From Bacteroidota bacterium (GTDB taxonomy: Bacteria; Bacteroidota; Bacteroidia; Flavobacteriales; Flavobacteriaceae), in contig JBNJKO010000009.1 in NCBI GenBank assembly GCA_051751125.1, forward strand, positions 62,211-126,210: a stretch of 64,000 nt of DNA. Reading direction: 5' to 3'. The translations under genes and the position numbers were made by a program. This document shows positions 1 to 9,893 of this stretch, in pieces; the first letter of the stretch is position 1; each line of letters opens with the position of its first letter. Below the pieces are notes generated by a model. That model saw nothing but the letters and a program-made list of their open reading frames with translations. It was not told the origin of the DNA and made no database searches.

Positions 1-1
1 A

Positions 2-1219
2 GAAAGTGTTGGCAGTCAGCAAAGCGTTGAAGTAGAAGTGACATCTATAGAAATACTGGGAGATGCAAACCCGGAAGAAGTGAAACTCACTATTTTATCT
101 CCAAAGCGACACAGCCTGGAGAAACTTCGGGAACAGGCCCATTTAAGGATTCGCACCAATACATTTGGAGCTGTAATGCGGGTTCGAAGCAAGCTCTCGT
201 TTGCGGTTCACAGTTACTTTCAGAAAAATAATTTTCACTACGTAAACACGCCCATTATTACCGGAAGCGATGCTGAAGGTGCGGGTGAAATGTTTAAAGT
301 GACCTCTTTTGATCTTAAAAACCCTCCTAAAAATGAGGATGGATCCATAGATTTTAAAAAAGATTTCTTCGGAAAGGAGACCAATTTAACGGTTTCCGGT
401 CAACTGGAAGCAGAAACTTATGCCCTGGGATTGGGACAGGTTTATACCTTTGGCCCTACTTTTAGAGCTGAAAATTCCAATACTTCCAGGCATTTAGCCG
501 AATTCTGGATGATCGAGCCGGAAGTAGCCTTTTGCGATCTTGACGGGAATATGGACCTTGCTGAAGATTTTATAAAATACGTGGTAAAATACGTGTTGGA
601 ACATTGTAAGGACGATCTCGAATTCCTGAATAAACGACACGAGGAAGAAGAAAAGTCAAAACCCCAGTTAGAACGCAGCGAAATGAGTTTGCTTAAAAAG
701 CTGGAGTTTGTAACCGAAAACAATTTCAAAAGGGTAAGTTATACCGAAGCGATCGAAATCCTTAAAAACTCCAAACCAAATAAGAAAAAGAAATTCCAGT
801 ATCCTATAGAAGAGTGGGGAACCGATCTTCAAAGCGAACACGAACGATTTTTGGTTGAAAAACACTTTAAATGTCCTGTGATACTTTTTGATTATCCTGC
901 AAACATCAAAGCATTTTACATGCGCCTTAATGAAGATGGAAAAACGGTACGTGCTATGGATATTCTTTTCCCGGGAATTGGAGAAATAGTGGGAGGATCC
1001 CAAAGAGAGGAACGCCTGTATGTTCTTAAAGAAAAAATGAAGGCACTGGATATTGACGAGGAAGAACTTTGGTGGTATCTAGATACAAGAAAATTTGGAA
1101 CCTGCGTCCACAGCGGATTTGGACTTGGCTTTGAACGCCTTGTGCTTTTCGTTACAGGAATGACCAATATACGGGATGTAATTCCTTTCCCAAGATCACC
1201 GCAAAACGCGGAATTTTAA
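2..1219 (+). CDS. asnS: Asparagine--tRNA ligase, 5'-truncated by the window edge
   Basis: The frame is open from position 2 ([20 protein letters not shown]). Class IIb aaRS motifs: [52 protein letters not shown]. Confidence 0.95.
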   Translation, partial: ESVGSQQSVEVEVTSIEILGDANPEEVKLTILSPKRHSLEKLREQAHLRIRTNTFGAVMRVRSKLSFAVHSYFQKNNFHYVNTPIITGSDAEGAGEMFKVTSFDLKNPPKNEDGSIDFKKDFFGKETNLTVSGQLEAETYALGLGQVYTFGPTFRAENSNTSRHLAEFWMIEPEVAFCDLDGNMDLAEDFIKYVVKYVLEHCKDDLEFLNKRHEEEEKSKPQLERSEMSLLKKLEFVTENNFKRVSYTEAIEILKNSKPNKKKKFQYPIEEWGTDLQSEHERFLVEKHFKCPVILFDYPANIKAFYMRLNEDGKTVRAMDILFPGIGEIVGGSQREERLYVLKEKMKALDIDEEELWWYLDTRKFGTCVHSGFGLGFERLVLFVTGMTNIRDVIPFPRSPQNAEF

Positions 1220-1224
1220 ATTTG
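1217..1224 (+). promoter_or_regulatory. Bacteroidetes -7 promoter element TAAATTTG overlapping the asnS stop codon
   Basis: Exact TAnnTTTG match, 5 nt before the TTG start of the RluA-family gene. Confidence 0.4.
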
Positions 1225-1229
1225 ACTTT

Positions 1230-2087
1230 TTGAAAATACTAGAAACGCATATTGTTCCTGCACTTGATGAAAAAATCAGGCTGCAGGAATATGCGGCTTC
1301 AGCTTTTAAATCGATTTCCACCAGAAGCGGAATTAAAAAAGCAATAAAACGAAAGGAGATTCTAATCGACGGTAACATTGGAAATACTTCAGATTGGATA
1401 GAGGAACATCAGAAATTAGAATTATTACAACAGGAAGTTCCAATGAAAAAAGTCTTTCAGCTTACTCTGGAAGTAGTTTTTGAAGACAATTTTCTTGCTG
1501 TTATTAAAAAACCACCCGGATATCCTACCAGCGGAAATTACTTTAAAACCATAGAGAATGCTTTGCCATTCAACCTAAATATTTCCCCGGAACAAGATGC
1601 GATTCCCTTTCCATTGCCTGTCCACAGGCTGGATAATCCTACCAGTGGATTGCTTTTAATTGCAAAAACACGTACTGCCCAAACAAAACTAAATTTAGCA
1701 TTTGAGCATAAAGAGGTCCATAAAACTTATTTGGCACTAATTCATGGAGAAGCACCGGAAAGTTGCATTTACGACTCGAATTTAGAAGGCAAAACAGCCA
1801 TAACAAGAATTAAAAGAATTGGAACTTTCGGTTTTAAAGAAAAACCTTATTCCTTACTTGAAGTTTTTCCCGAAACCGGAAGAACCCATCAAATAAGAAT
1901 ACATCTTTCAGGAAATGATTTTCCCATTGTAGGCGATATGGAGTATGGATTAAAAATTCATCCTTTTCAGAAAAAAGGATTATATCTTACAGCAATTGCG
2001 TTGGATTTTTCACATCCAATTAGCCATGAAGCTATGTCGGTAAGAATAGATCCACCCCAAAAATTCAGGATTTTAAAAGACTTTTAA
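1230..2087 (+). CDS. RluA-family RNA pseudouridine synthase with an N-terminal S4-like segment (TTG start)
   Basis: Motifs PVHRLDNPTSG (catalytic Asp), PETGRTHQIRIHL and PIVGDMEYG. Confidence 0.9.
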   Translation: MKILETHIVPALDEKIRLQEYAASAFKSISTRSGIKKAIKRKEILIDGNIGNTSDWIEEHQKLELLQQEVPMKKVFQLTLEVVFEDNFLAVIKKPPGYPTSGNYFKTIENALPFNLNISPEQDAIPFPLPVHRLDNPTSGLLLIAKTRTAQTKLNLAFEHKEVHKTYLALIHGEAPESCIYDSNLEGKTAITRIKRIGTFGFKEKPYSLLEVFPETGRTHQIRIHLSGNDFPIVGDMEYGLKIHPFQKKGLYLTAIALDFSHPISHEAMSVRIDPPQKFRILKDF

Positions 2088-2162
2088 GGAATCTTAGCTT
2101 TCTTAACAAAAATTTACCACCATCATTTTTGATGCCAAAGCTACATTCGCATTGTTTTTGCT

Positions 2163-2170
2163 TATTTTTG
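2163..2170 (+). promoter_or_regulatory. -7 promoter element TATTTTTG upstream of rpoN
   Basis: Exact TAnnTTTG match 24 nt before the ATG. Confidence 0.55.
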
Positions 2171-2194
2171 TAGAAAGAGTACAACAATCTATTT

Positions 2195-3652
2195 ATGCTA
2201 AAACAGCAATTAAATTTTAAATTATCGCAAAAGCTCTCCCCTCAGCAAATACAACTGATGAAGCTTATCCAATTGCCTACGCAAGCTTTTGAGCAGCGAA
2301 TAAAAGAGGAATTGGAAGAGAATCCGGCTTTGGAAGATGGAAAAGAGGATCTGGAAAAGGAATTTGATGATGAGTTTTCCAATGATGATTATGATTCTGA
2401 AGGCACTGAAACCATTGAGGCTGATATTGATGTAGACGATTACCTGAGTGATGATGAAATACCAAGTTACAGGCTTCAGGCCAATAATTACAGTGCAGAT
2501 GATGAGGAAAAACATGTGCCGTATGCTTCGGGAACTAGCTTCTCCCAGTACTTAAAAACACAATTAAGCACCTCCAGATTAAACGAAACCGAAAAGGAAA
2601 TCGCTGAATTTTTGGTGGGAAGCGTAGATGAAAGCGGCTACATTCGAAGAAGCATTCAGGATATCGTAGACGACCTTGCCTTTACTCAGAATGTATATAC
2701 CGATGAAGAAACGGTAGAAAAAGTGTTAAAGCAGGTCCAGCAACTGGATCCTGCAGGAGTAGGCGCCAGATCCCTGCAGGAATGCTTGGTGATCCAACTT
2801 CACCGAAAGGAAAAGAATAAGGACGTTTCCCTTGCAATCGATCTCATGGAAAAGTCCTTTGATCACTTCAGCAAAAAACATTATGCTAAATTACTTGCCA
2901 AACACGATATCACCGAAGATGAATTACGGGATGCCATAGATGTTATTGAACATCTCAATCCTAAACCTGGAGGAAGTTTTGCCGGCAACAGCAGGATGAC
3001 AGAACACGTAATTCCCGATTTTACGATAAAAATCGTGGACGGAGAATTGGAATTGACCCTTAACAGCAGAAACGCTCCCGAGATGCATATCTCTAACGAT
3101 TACAATAATATGCTGAAGGGTTACAAAGAATCCCGGGAAAAAACCAAAGCTCAAAAGGATGCGGTGATGTTTATAAAGCAAAAACTGGATTCGGCAAAAT
3201 GGTTTATAGAAGCGATTAAGCAGCGGCAGCAAACACTTATGGTAACGATGGGCTCTATCATGAATTATCAAAAAGAATTTTTTCTTACCGGAGACGAAAG
3301 AAATTTACGCCCAATGATCCTGAAAGATATTGCGGATGAAATAGGGATGGATGTATCCACAGTTTCCAGGGTGGCCAACAGTAAATATGTAGATACCCCA
3401 TATGGCACAAAACTGATAAAGGAATTCTTTTCAGAATCTATGACAAACGACCAGGGCGAAGAGGTTTCTACCAGAGAAATCAAAAAAATCCTGGAAATTT
3501 CTATTGAAGAAGAGAACAAACGCAAACCACTCACCGACGAAAAACTCGCCAAACTCTTAAAGGAAAAAGGCTATCCAATCGCACGCCGTACAGTGGCGAA
3601 ATACAGGGAACAACTCGACATCCCTGTAGCAAGAATGCGAAAAGAAATATAA
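2195..3652 (+). CDS. rpoN: RNA polymerase sigma-54 factor
   Basis: Q/L-rich Region I (LSQKLSPQQIQLMKLIQLP), LRPMILKDIADEIGMDVSTVSRV helix-turn-helix, and RpoN box ARRTVAKYRE. Confidence 0.97.
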   Translation: MLKQQLNFKLSQKLSPQQIQLMKLIQLPTQAFEQRIKEELEENPALEDGKEDLEKEFDDEFSNDDYDSEGTETIEADIDVDDYLSDDEIPSYRLQANNYSADDEEKHVPYASGTSFSQYLKTQLSTSRLNETEKEIAEFLVGSVDESGYIRRSIQDIVDDLAFTQNVYTDEETVEKVLKQVQQLDPAGVGARSLQECLVIQLHRKEKNKDVSLAIDLMEKSFDHFSKKHYAKLLAKHDITEDELRDAIDVIEHLNPKPGGSFAGNSRMTEHVIPDFTIKIVDGELELTLNSRNAPEMHISNDYNNMLKGYKESREKTKAQKDAVMFIKQKLDSAKWFIEAIKQRQQTLMVTMGSIMNYQKEFFLTGDERNLRPMILKDIADEIGMDVSTVSRVANSKYVDTPYGTKLIKEFFSESMTNDQGEEVSTREIKKILEISIEEENKRKPLTDEKLAKLLKEKGYPIARRTVAKYREQLDIPVARMRKEI

Positions 3653-4257
3653 TGCGATTTTTAATAAAAAGTGCTTCCTACATTTTTCATCCTTTATGGA
3701 TGCCTTTTGCAGGAAGTTTGTTTTATTTCTTGGTGACACCCAGATTTTTTCCGGAGCCACTTATAAAAGCAAAACTTCTTGCAATAGCTATTACCACGCT
3801 TTTTATTCCAATCGTTTTTTATTTTCTTCTGAAAAATTTAGGGAAAGCAAAATCAGCCTTTTTAAGCGATGTGAATGAAAGGCTCTGGCCACTGTTTTTT
3901 TATATCCTGCTTTTGGGGTTAAATCTCTACCAGATATTAAACGCCTATAATTATCCTGCGCTCTATTATTTCTTTGTAGGGATCTTGTTTTCCATTTTGA
4001 CCAGCTATATACTTGCGCTGTTAAAACTGAAAATCAGTCTACATATGGTGGGATTGGCGGGAATTTTCATGTTCGTTATTTCGCTGAGCATATTCTTCTC
4101 TCTAAACCTGGTTTTCAGCATAGCCTTTTTGATTATTGCGCTAGGGTTAACAGCAACTTCACGACTTTATTTTAAAGCTCATACAAGGGCTGAAATTGCT
4201 CTTGGGTTTTTCATAGGACTCCTTCCGCAACTTATTGTGCTTAATTACTGGCTATAA
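3652..4257 (+). CDS. Multi-pass membrane protein with a degenerate PAP2-like C-terminus
   Basis: About six hydrophobic segments; KISLH and SRLYFKAHT motifs; start overlaps the rpoN stop (TAATG). Confidence 0.75.
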   Translation: MRFLIKSASYIFHPLWMPFAGSLFYFLVTPRFFPEPLIKAKLLAIAITTLFIPIVFYFLLKNLGKAKSAFLSDVNERLWPLFFYILLLGLNLYQILNAYNYPALYYFFVGILFSILTSYILALLKLKISLHMVGLAGIFMFVISLSIFFSLNLVFSIAFLIIALGLTATSRLYFKAHTRAEIALGFFIGLLPQLIVLNYWL

Positions 4258-4974
4258 GATATAGAACATCAAACCCAATTTAAACGTCGTTATACCCAAT
4301 TGGCTATCATTGAGCTGAGCGTCCTTAAAAAATGGATTTAAGCTGTAATAAACGTGAAAATTAAAGGTGTTATATCCAAAAGTAAAAGTAGTACCTAACC
4401 TAAAACGTTCAAATTCGGGTACATCTGTTTGGATTACCTGGTTTTCGCCTTGTTTAAAATTTGATTTGAAATAGTAGGCATACCCTAATCTGAATCCGGT
4501 ATAAACCCTCCAGAATTTATAAGATTCCGGTGTTGAAGTTCGCCACCTAAATTCAAGCGGCACTTCCACAAGCTGTGTAGTAAACCTGTTGGTATCATAA
4601 ACAATATCCTGATTGTTGAGATCCCGAAAGATGGTTTGACCATCTGCATCTTCTCCTATAAACAACTCCTGTCCGTATGAATTTAAGGACCAGCCTAAAC
4701 CTGCCCCAATGGAAATATTCCTTTGCTTATTAACAGGCATATCCCTTATAAAACCAAGATGAAGCCCGCCGGAAAAACCAGATTGGGAAACATCTTCAGG
4801 GAGATCACCCATCAATTGAAAGGTTAATCCCAGGTAAAATTGATCTTCCCTGTATAAACTATCAATAACTGTTGGTGTGGAATCCTGAATAGCAGGTATA
4901 GAATCATTCTCAACCTGAGCCCACGTAGGAATAAAAGTGAAAAGCATCAATAACCCGGGATACAGATTCTTCAT
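4252..4974 (-). CDS. Outer-membrane beta-barrel (porin-family/PorT-like) protein
   Basis: Signal peptide ending TWA-Q, REDQFY motif, alternating aromatic beta-strands and C-terminal ...GLMFYIL. Confidence 0.75.
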   Translation of the reverse strand: MKNLYPGLLMLFTFIPTWAQVENDSIPAIQDSTPTVIDSLYREDQFYLGLTFQLMGDLPEDVSQSGFSGGLHLGFIRDMPVNKQRNISIGAGLGWSLNSYGQELFIGEDADGQTIFRDLNNQDIVYDTNRFTTQLVEVPLEFRWRTSTPESYKFWRVYTGFRLGYAYYFKSNFKQGENQVIQTDVPEFERFRLGTTFTFGYNTFNFHVYYSLNPFFKDAQLNDSQLGITTFKLGLMFYIL

Positions 4975-5022
4975 TTGTCAGGAAATTACCAAAATAAGGT
5001 CCATTTAGGAATAGGTGAATAT

Positions 5023-5067
5023 AAAAAAACATCCCGAATTCCGGAGTATCCGGAAGGGATGTTTTTT
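5023..5067. terminator. Intrinsic terminator downstream of exbD (A/T tails on both sides)
   Basis: AAAAAACATCCC...GGGATGTTTTTT enclosing an inner TTCCGGA-GTA-TCCGGAA stem. Confidence 0.75.
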
Positions 5068-5088
5068 AACAAGTGATTTAAAGATATT

Positions 5089-5565
5089 TTAATTCTTAGT
5101 TACATCACCAATACGGGTGGTGTAATTAATTTTTAGGGCTTCCGCTTTTCTCAATTCTTGTTTTATATCAGAAACCAATCCCATATTTGTTTCAACATCT
5201 ACTTTTAATGCAGTTGTTAAATAAGGGATTAACTCTTCCCGTTTAGCTTCTCTTTCGGCATAAATAAATTTTTGCACATCACTAACATCTGCAAATTTAT
5301 CATTTAACTGAATTCGGGCTTCGGTACCAAATTTTTGTTGATATCTCGGGCTTGGCTTTCCAGCATAAATATACATTATCAAATCCTTTTTATCCAACTT
5401 TTCAACCTGGTCTGCAAAAGGTAATTGGTTTTGTATCATCAAGGTATTTTGACGCATTACGGTTGCAACCATAAAAAAGAAAAGCAACATAAAAACGATA
5501 TCGGGCAGGGAAGCAGTATTTACCGCTGGCAACTCCCCACTCTTTTTCTTCGTGAACTTAGCCAT
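5089..5565 (-). CDS. exbD: ExbD/TolR family biopolymer transport protein
   Basis: N-terminal TM helix with the conserved Asp (SLPDIVFMLLFFFMV); in an operon with exbB. Confidence 0.9.
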   Translation of the reverse strand: MAKFTKKKSGELPAVNTASLPDIVFMLLFFFMVATVMRQNTLMIQNQLPFADQVEKLDKKDLIMYIYAGKPSPRYQQKFGTEARIQLNDKFADVSDVQKFIYAEREAKREELIPYLTTALKVDVETNMGLVSDIKQELRKAEALKINYTTRIGDVTKN

Positions 5566-5596
5566 AATTTAATTGAATTTTTTGTTATTAAAGCAA

Positions 5597-6205
5597 TTAG
5601 CTTTTAGGCTCTGCTTCAGATAATTTTTGAGGATACATAGACTGTATTATATCAATACGTTCCTTTAAAGTCTCTTTATTTCCTCTAAAGTTAGGATCAT
5701 TATACCTTTGCTCCATTTCCTGAAAATCCATTCCATAGAGTCGCTGTGCTTCCCGGTTTCTCAACTGGTTATAAGCAGCAACCAACTCATTTTGAACAGA
5801 GATATAAGTACCATATTCTGTTTTCCGGTCATTTACCAAAGAGATAATAGCTTTTTCAGGATTATCTGAAGAAGCAGGATCTCTCGGTCCCTGACAGTAA
5901 TCACAGCCCTCTTCACCTACACCACCGCCATTATCCAGGAATTCTACAGCAGCTTGCCTAAGATCCTGCAATTGCATCAATTCATCTTCTACAAGCAATT
6001 GGTTATCCCTGTTTACAATAACAGTAAAAATATTTTTCTGTTTTATAATGGGCGGCTCGATATTCTCCTCCGGAATAGGGGGCAGCTTACGGCTAATCCC
6101 TCTATCGGTCTCAATTGTTGTGGTTACCAGAAAGAAAATTAAAAGCAAGAATGCGATATCGGCCATAGAACCGGCATTTACTTCTGGTGCTGCTCTTTTA
6201 GCCAT
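5597..6205 (-). CDS. exbD: ExbD/TolR family protein (long Bacteroidetes type)
   Basis: Motif EVNAGSMADIAFLLLIFFLVTTTI. Confidence 0.9.
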   Translation of the reverse strand: MAKRAAPEVNAGSMADIAFLLLIFFLVTTTIETDRGISRKLPPIPEENIEPPIIKQKNIFTVIVNRDNQLLVEDELMQLQDLRQAAVEFLDNGGGVGEEGCDYCQGPRDPASSDNPEKAIISLVNDRKTEYGTYISVQNELVAAYNQLRNREAQRLYGMDFQEMEQRYNDPNFRGNKETLKERIDIIQSMYPQKLSEAEPKS

Positions 6206-6208
6206 AAT

Positions 6209-6646
6209 TTATTTTATTAATTTTCTGACTCCCGATAGAACCATTGCTCCAACTGCCACTATTGCAAGAATATAAAAAACATATAATCCTGCACTTACCC
6301 AATGAGATGCATTGGCAGATAAGGTACCTCCGTCTTTTAATTCAACGGGCGCACCATCTGTTAATACGTAAGCAATAGCTATTACAAGAACGAATGCTCC
6401 TACGGAAATTAGCGTGTTTTTAATATTACCTCTAAACAATCCTTTTATAACATAGAATGCCACTAAAATCAGTACAACTGCTAGTACCAGGTAGGCTAAA
6501 TAGATAAAAGGTGTTATAAGACTTTGCTGTTCTGCAGCAGAAGACTCTATCACATCATCGCCCGCCATAATAATTCTACCCAAAAGGATAAGACCTATGA
6601 CACCAATAACGAGTGCAAAATATTTTAAAATTTTATGAATTGTCAT
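6209..6646 (-). CDS. Small multi-pass membrane protein of the Bacteroidetes exbB-exbD operon
   Basis: Four hydrophobic helices; located between exbB and exbD with 3-12 nt gaps. Confidence 0.8.
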   Translation of the reverse strand: MTIHKILKYFALVIGVIGLILLGRIIMAGDDVIESSAAEQQSLITPFIYLAYLVLAVVLILVAFYVIKGLFRGNIKNTLISVGAFVLVIAIAYVLTDGAPVELKDGGTLSANASHWVSAGLYVFYILAIVAVGAMVLSGVRKLIK

Positions 6647-6658
6647 AGTTTATATCTC

Positions 6659-7456
6659 TTAGATTCTTTTTTTGTTTTTGTAGTCTACAAGCATATCAAT
6701 TAAAATGATAGATGCATCTTCCATATCATTCACAATGCTATCAATTTTAGCAATGATGTAATTATAAAAGATTTGTAGAATAATAGCTACGATCAAACCA
6801 AATACTGTGGTAAGAAGTGCAACTTTAATACCTCCGGCTACAAGTGAAGGCTGCATATCTCCTGCCGCTTCAATTCTATCAAAGGCCTGGATCATCCCAA
6901 TTACTGTACCCATGAACCCAAGCATAGGAGCAAGAGCGATAAATAAAGAAACCCAGGATACATTTTTCTCCAGTTGTCCCATTTGAACACCTCCGTAAGC
7001 CACAACAGCTTTCTCTGCAGCTTCAATACTTTCGTCTGCACGATCTAATCCCTGGTAGTAAATAGACGCTACCGGACCTTTTGTATTTCTACAAACTTCT
7101 TTAGCAGCTTCAATTCCACCGCTGTTTAAAGCATCTTCTACATCCTGAGCCAATTTCTTAGTATTGGTCGTAGAAAGATTTAAAAAGATAATTCTTTCAA
7201 TGGCAATTGCCAAACCAAGAATCAAACATAAAAGTACAATCCCCATAAATCCGGGACCACCTTCTATAAAACGTTTTTTAAGCTCCTGGTGAAAACCTAA
7301 TTCTTCTTCCTCCTGAACATCGAGGGCCGCTTCTTCATCCTGAACAAAATTCACGATGTTATCCGGTTGTGGGGACACGAAATTTGTCGCATTTACGTTT
7401 GCGGCTCCAAATAACATAATCGAAGCGATTACCAAAGTTGAAAATAATCTTTTCAT
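6659..7456 (-). CDS. exbB: MotA/TolQ/ExbB proton channel family protein
   Basis: APMLGFMGTVIGMIQAF and GIKVALLTTVFGLIVAI motifs. Confidence 0.93.
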   Translation of the reverse strand: MKRLFSTLVIASIMLFGAANVNATNFVSPQPDNIVNFVQDEEAALDVQEEEELGFHQELKKRFIEGGPGFMGIVLLCLILGLAIAIERIIFLNLSTTNTKKLAQDVEDALNSGGIEAAKEVCRNTKGPVASIYYQGLDRADESIEAAEKAVVAYGGVQMGQLEKNVSWVSLFIALAPMLGFMGTVIGMIQAFDRIEAAGDMQPSLVAGGIKVALLTTVFGLIVAIILQIFYNYIIAKIDSIVNDMEDASIILIDMLVDYKNKKRI

Positions 7457-7527
7457 TAGTGTTTGTCTTAATTTAATTAGTTAAAGGGTTAAAGATATAA
7501 AAATAATTTTTTAATAAAAATACTTTG

Positions 7528-7615
7528 CAGAGAGGAAGGGATTCGAACCCTCGATACCCTTTTGAGGTATACACGCTTTCCAGGCGTGCGCCTTCGACCG
7601 CTCGGCCACCTCTCT
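7528..7615 (-). tRNA. tRNA-Ser (anticodon GGA), CCA not encoded
   Basis: The reverse complement AGAGAGGTGGCCGAGCGGTCGAAGGCGCACGCCTGGAAAGCGTGTATACCTCAAAAGGGTATCGAGGGTTCGAATCCCTTCCTCTCTG has a 7-bp acceptor stem, a CACGC-CTGGAAA-GCGTG anticodon arm, a long variable arm and a GTTCGAATC T-loop. Confidence 0.96.
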
Positions 7616-7684
7616 ATTAAGTAATTTTAACGGAGCGCCAAATAACAAAAAAAAATGTTTACCATCAAATAGAAATCGTTAATT

Positions 7685-8713
7685 TTATTTCATCTCTCCC
7701 CTTAAGGAGGTTTCAAAGATGGTTTTAAAAACTTTTGGAGACAATTCGCTCCCCAAAAGGTACATTAATTTTGCAACAGCTGCTTCGGTTGTGATGTCTT
7801 TTCCTGAAACCACCCCTATTTTTTTTAACTGGGTACTGGTTTCATACTGCCCCATGGAAACACTTCCGGCAATACATTGGGTAACATTCACTATAATTAA
7901 ACCTTTTGAAATATGCTTTTTCAATAAATTTATAAACCACATATCCGTAGGAGCATTCCCGCTTCCGTAGGTTTCCAGGATCACTCCTTTTAAATTTTTC
8001 TTAGAAAGCATATGTTCTACAGTGCTTTCATTTATCCCCGGAAACATCTTCAGGATCAGGATCTCGTGATTGAAATTCGTATGCAATTTCGTCCTGCTCC
8101 TTCTGTTGGTCTTCCACAAAAAATTGTTATTCACCGATAAATGTACGCCAGATTCTGCCAACGGAGGATAATTTGAAGAGGAAAATGCCTGAAAATTTTC
8201 CGCATTTATTTTTGTGGTTCGGTTTGCACGGTATAATTTATACTCAAAATACAATCCAACTTCAGATATTACAGGCTTTCCATGCTTTTGAAGACCGGCA
8301 ATTTGTATGCTGGTAATCAAATTCTCTTTGGCATCTGTGCGAAGATCACCAATAGGCAATTGAGAGCCCGTAAAAATTATAGGTTTTGTGAGGTTTTCGA
8401 ACATAAAACTCAGAGCTGAAGCAGTATAGGACATGGTATCACTTCCGTGTAAAACCACAAATCCATCATAATTCTCAAAACGATCTTCAATGATTTTCGC
8501 TATCTGAATCCAGTAAACCGGGTTCATGTTCGAGGAATCTATGGGATCCTTAAAACTTATGGTATCTATGGTATGCTCAAGAAGCTTTAATTCCGGTATA
8601 TTTTGAAGCAATTCGCTAAAATTAAATGCCTTGAGAGCGCCTGTTTCAAAATCCTTAATCATACCAATGGTACCACCGGTATATATCAATAAAATATTAG
8701 ACTTTACTTTCAT
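7685..8713 (-). CDS. ansA: Type I (cytoplasmic) L-asparaginase
   Basis: IYTGGTIGM and HGSDTM (HGTDT-like) motifs, plus TGSQLP. Confidence 0.92.
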   Translation of the reverse strand: MKVKSNILLIYTGGTIGMIKDFETGALKAFNFSELLQNIPELKLLEHTIDTISFKDPIDSSNMNPVYWIQIAKIIEDRFENYDGFVVLHGSDTMSYTASALSFMFENLTKPIIFTGSQLPIGDLRTDAKENLITSIQIAGLQKHGKPVISEVGLYFEYKLYRANRTTKINAENFQAFSSSNYPPLAESGVHLSVNNNFLWKTNRRSRTKLHTNFNHEILILKMFPGINESTVEHMLSKKNLKGVILETYGSGNAPTDMWFINLLKKHISKGLIIVNVTQCIAGSVSMGQYETSTQLKKIGVVSGKDITTEAAVAKLMYLLGSELSPKVFKTIFETSLRGEMK

Positions 8714-9839
8714 CCAGCGCTTCTTGATTGATTACCGGATTCGCATACATCAACAGATAGCTATTTACTTCTAAAGAATTTTTAAAATCGATTCTCCTCG
8801 TCAAACGACGCTCAAACTGTCTTTTTTGCTTCAAGGTATAATGACTGCTATGCTCATCATTATTATTCAGCAAATCACAGGCAATGTAATTGGACGGCCA
8901 TAATTTATAGTTTCCCTGAATTTTTCTGTCTATAAGATCTGCAATGGCTTTTAATTGATCATTTACCGAAGTTTCTTTTTCTTCAATAGCCATTAGCAGC
9001 TCTTTGGATAGCACCTCTCCGGCACTTATATGTATGCGGCCTTTGTTGCCCAAAGCACCTTTCATTATTGAATTAAAATCCTCATTCGGGCTTTTCACAT
9101 AAGTTTCTTCCATCCTTTTAGCCATTATTTCTGGCATTTTCAGGATGTCTGTAGGATCAAACTCATAGGAAATATCGACGGGGACAATTTTTATTTCCGA
9201 AAAATATTCGGCAATACTTTTTTTCCCTTTTGCCATAGCTAGCATTTTCAAAACTCCCTGCTGGGTAAGATCGTTGCCATCTTTAGTTCTTCCCTCCCGC
9301 TGGGCCATCCAAACCGATCTGTTTTCCTTCAGCAAAAGATTTTTGATATATTCTGAAAGCTCCTGGGAACTTTTCAACATCTCCCTGGGCCCCAATCCTC
9401 TTTGAACCAAAAAATTCCGGTTTAATTTAGACAACAATAATAAGAATGATTTCTGCACAAGGTTGTCTCCAATTGCCGAAGCAGTCATGATCAAACCCTG
9501 CTCATATAACGCGCAGTTCAGCAAACTGGTGTCAAGCAAAATATCCCTGTGATTCGAAATAAACAAATAAGCCTGATCCTTCTTAAGACCCTCAAATCCG
9601 CTATAGGTAAGTCCCCCTGAACTTTTTTCCAGAACTTTCCTTATGGATTGATAAATAACTTTGGTTTGAAAATCTTTGATGGAATGACATTCAGAAATAA
9701 TCTTTTCAATTTCTTCTGAAGATTTATCCGGAAATGTAAATGCAAGCAAAGCCCGGATCATGGGATGCTTAATATATTGTTGAAGCGCAGGTTGCACTTC
9801 AGAATCTTCATAAAATCTTATTTTTTCGAAGTTTGCCAC
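8697..9839 (-). CDS. Glycerol-3-phosphate/lysophospholipid acyltransferase (PlsC/PlsB-like), GTG start
   Basis: NHRDILLD (HxxxxD) and AQREGRTKDG motifs; stop overlaps the ansA start by 17 nt. Confidence 0.85.
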   Translation of the reverse strand: MANFEKIRFYEDSEVQPALQQYIKHPMIRALLAFTFPDKSSEEIEKIISECHSIKDFQTKVIYQSIRKVLEKSSGGLTYSGFEGLKKDQAYLFISNHRDILLDTSLLNCALYEQGLIMTASAIGDNLVQKSFLLLLSKLNRNFLVQRGLGPREMLKSSQELSEYIKNLLLKENRSVWMAQREGRTKDGNDLTQQGVLKMLAMAKGKKSIAEYFSEIKIVPVDISYEFDPTDILKMPEIMAKRMEETYVKSPNEDFNSIMKGALGNKGRIHISAGEVLSKELLMAIEEKETSVNDQLKAIADLIDRKIQGNYKLWPSNYIACDLLNNNDEHSSHYTLKQKRQFERRLTRRIDFKNSLEVNSYLLMYANPVINQEALDESKV

Positions 9840-9893
9840 GTATATCCTAAATTATCTTGACAAAAGAACAAAAATTATTATTAAATCTATGCA

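Noticed and set aside
7500-7680. tRNA-Ser as an integration site for an island
   Set aside because: No integrase, no duplicated tRNA 3' end elsewhere in the window, and the flanking genes are housekeeping.
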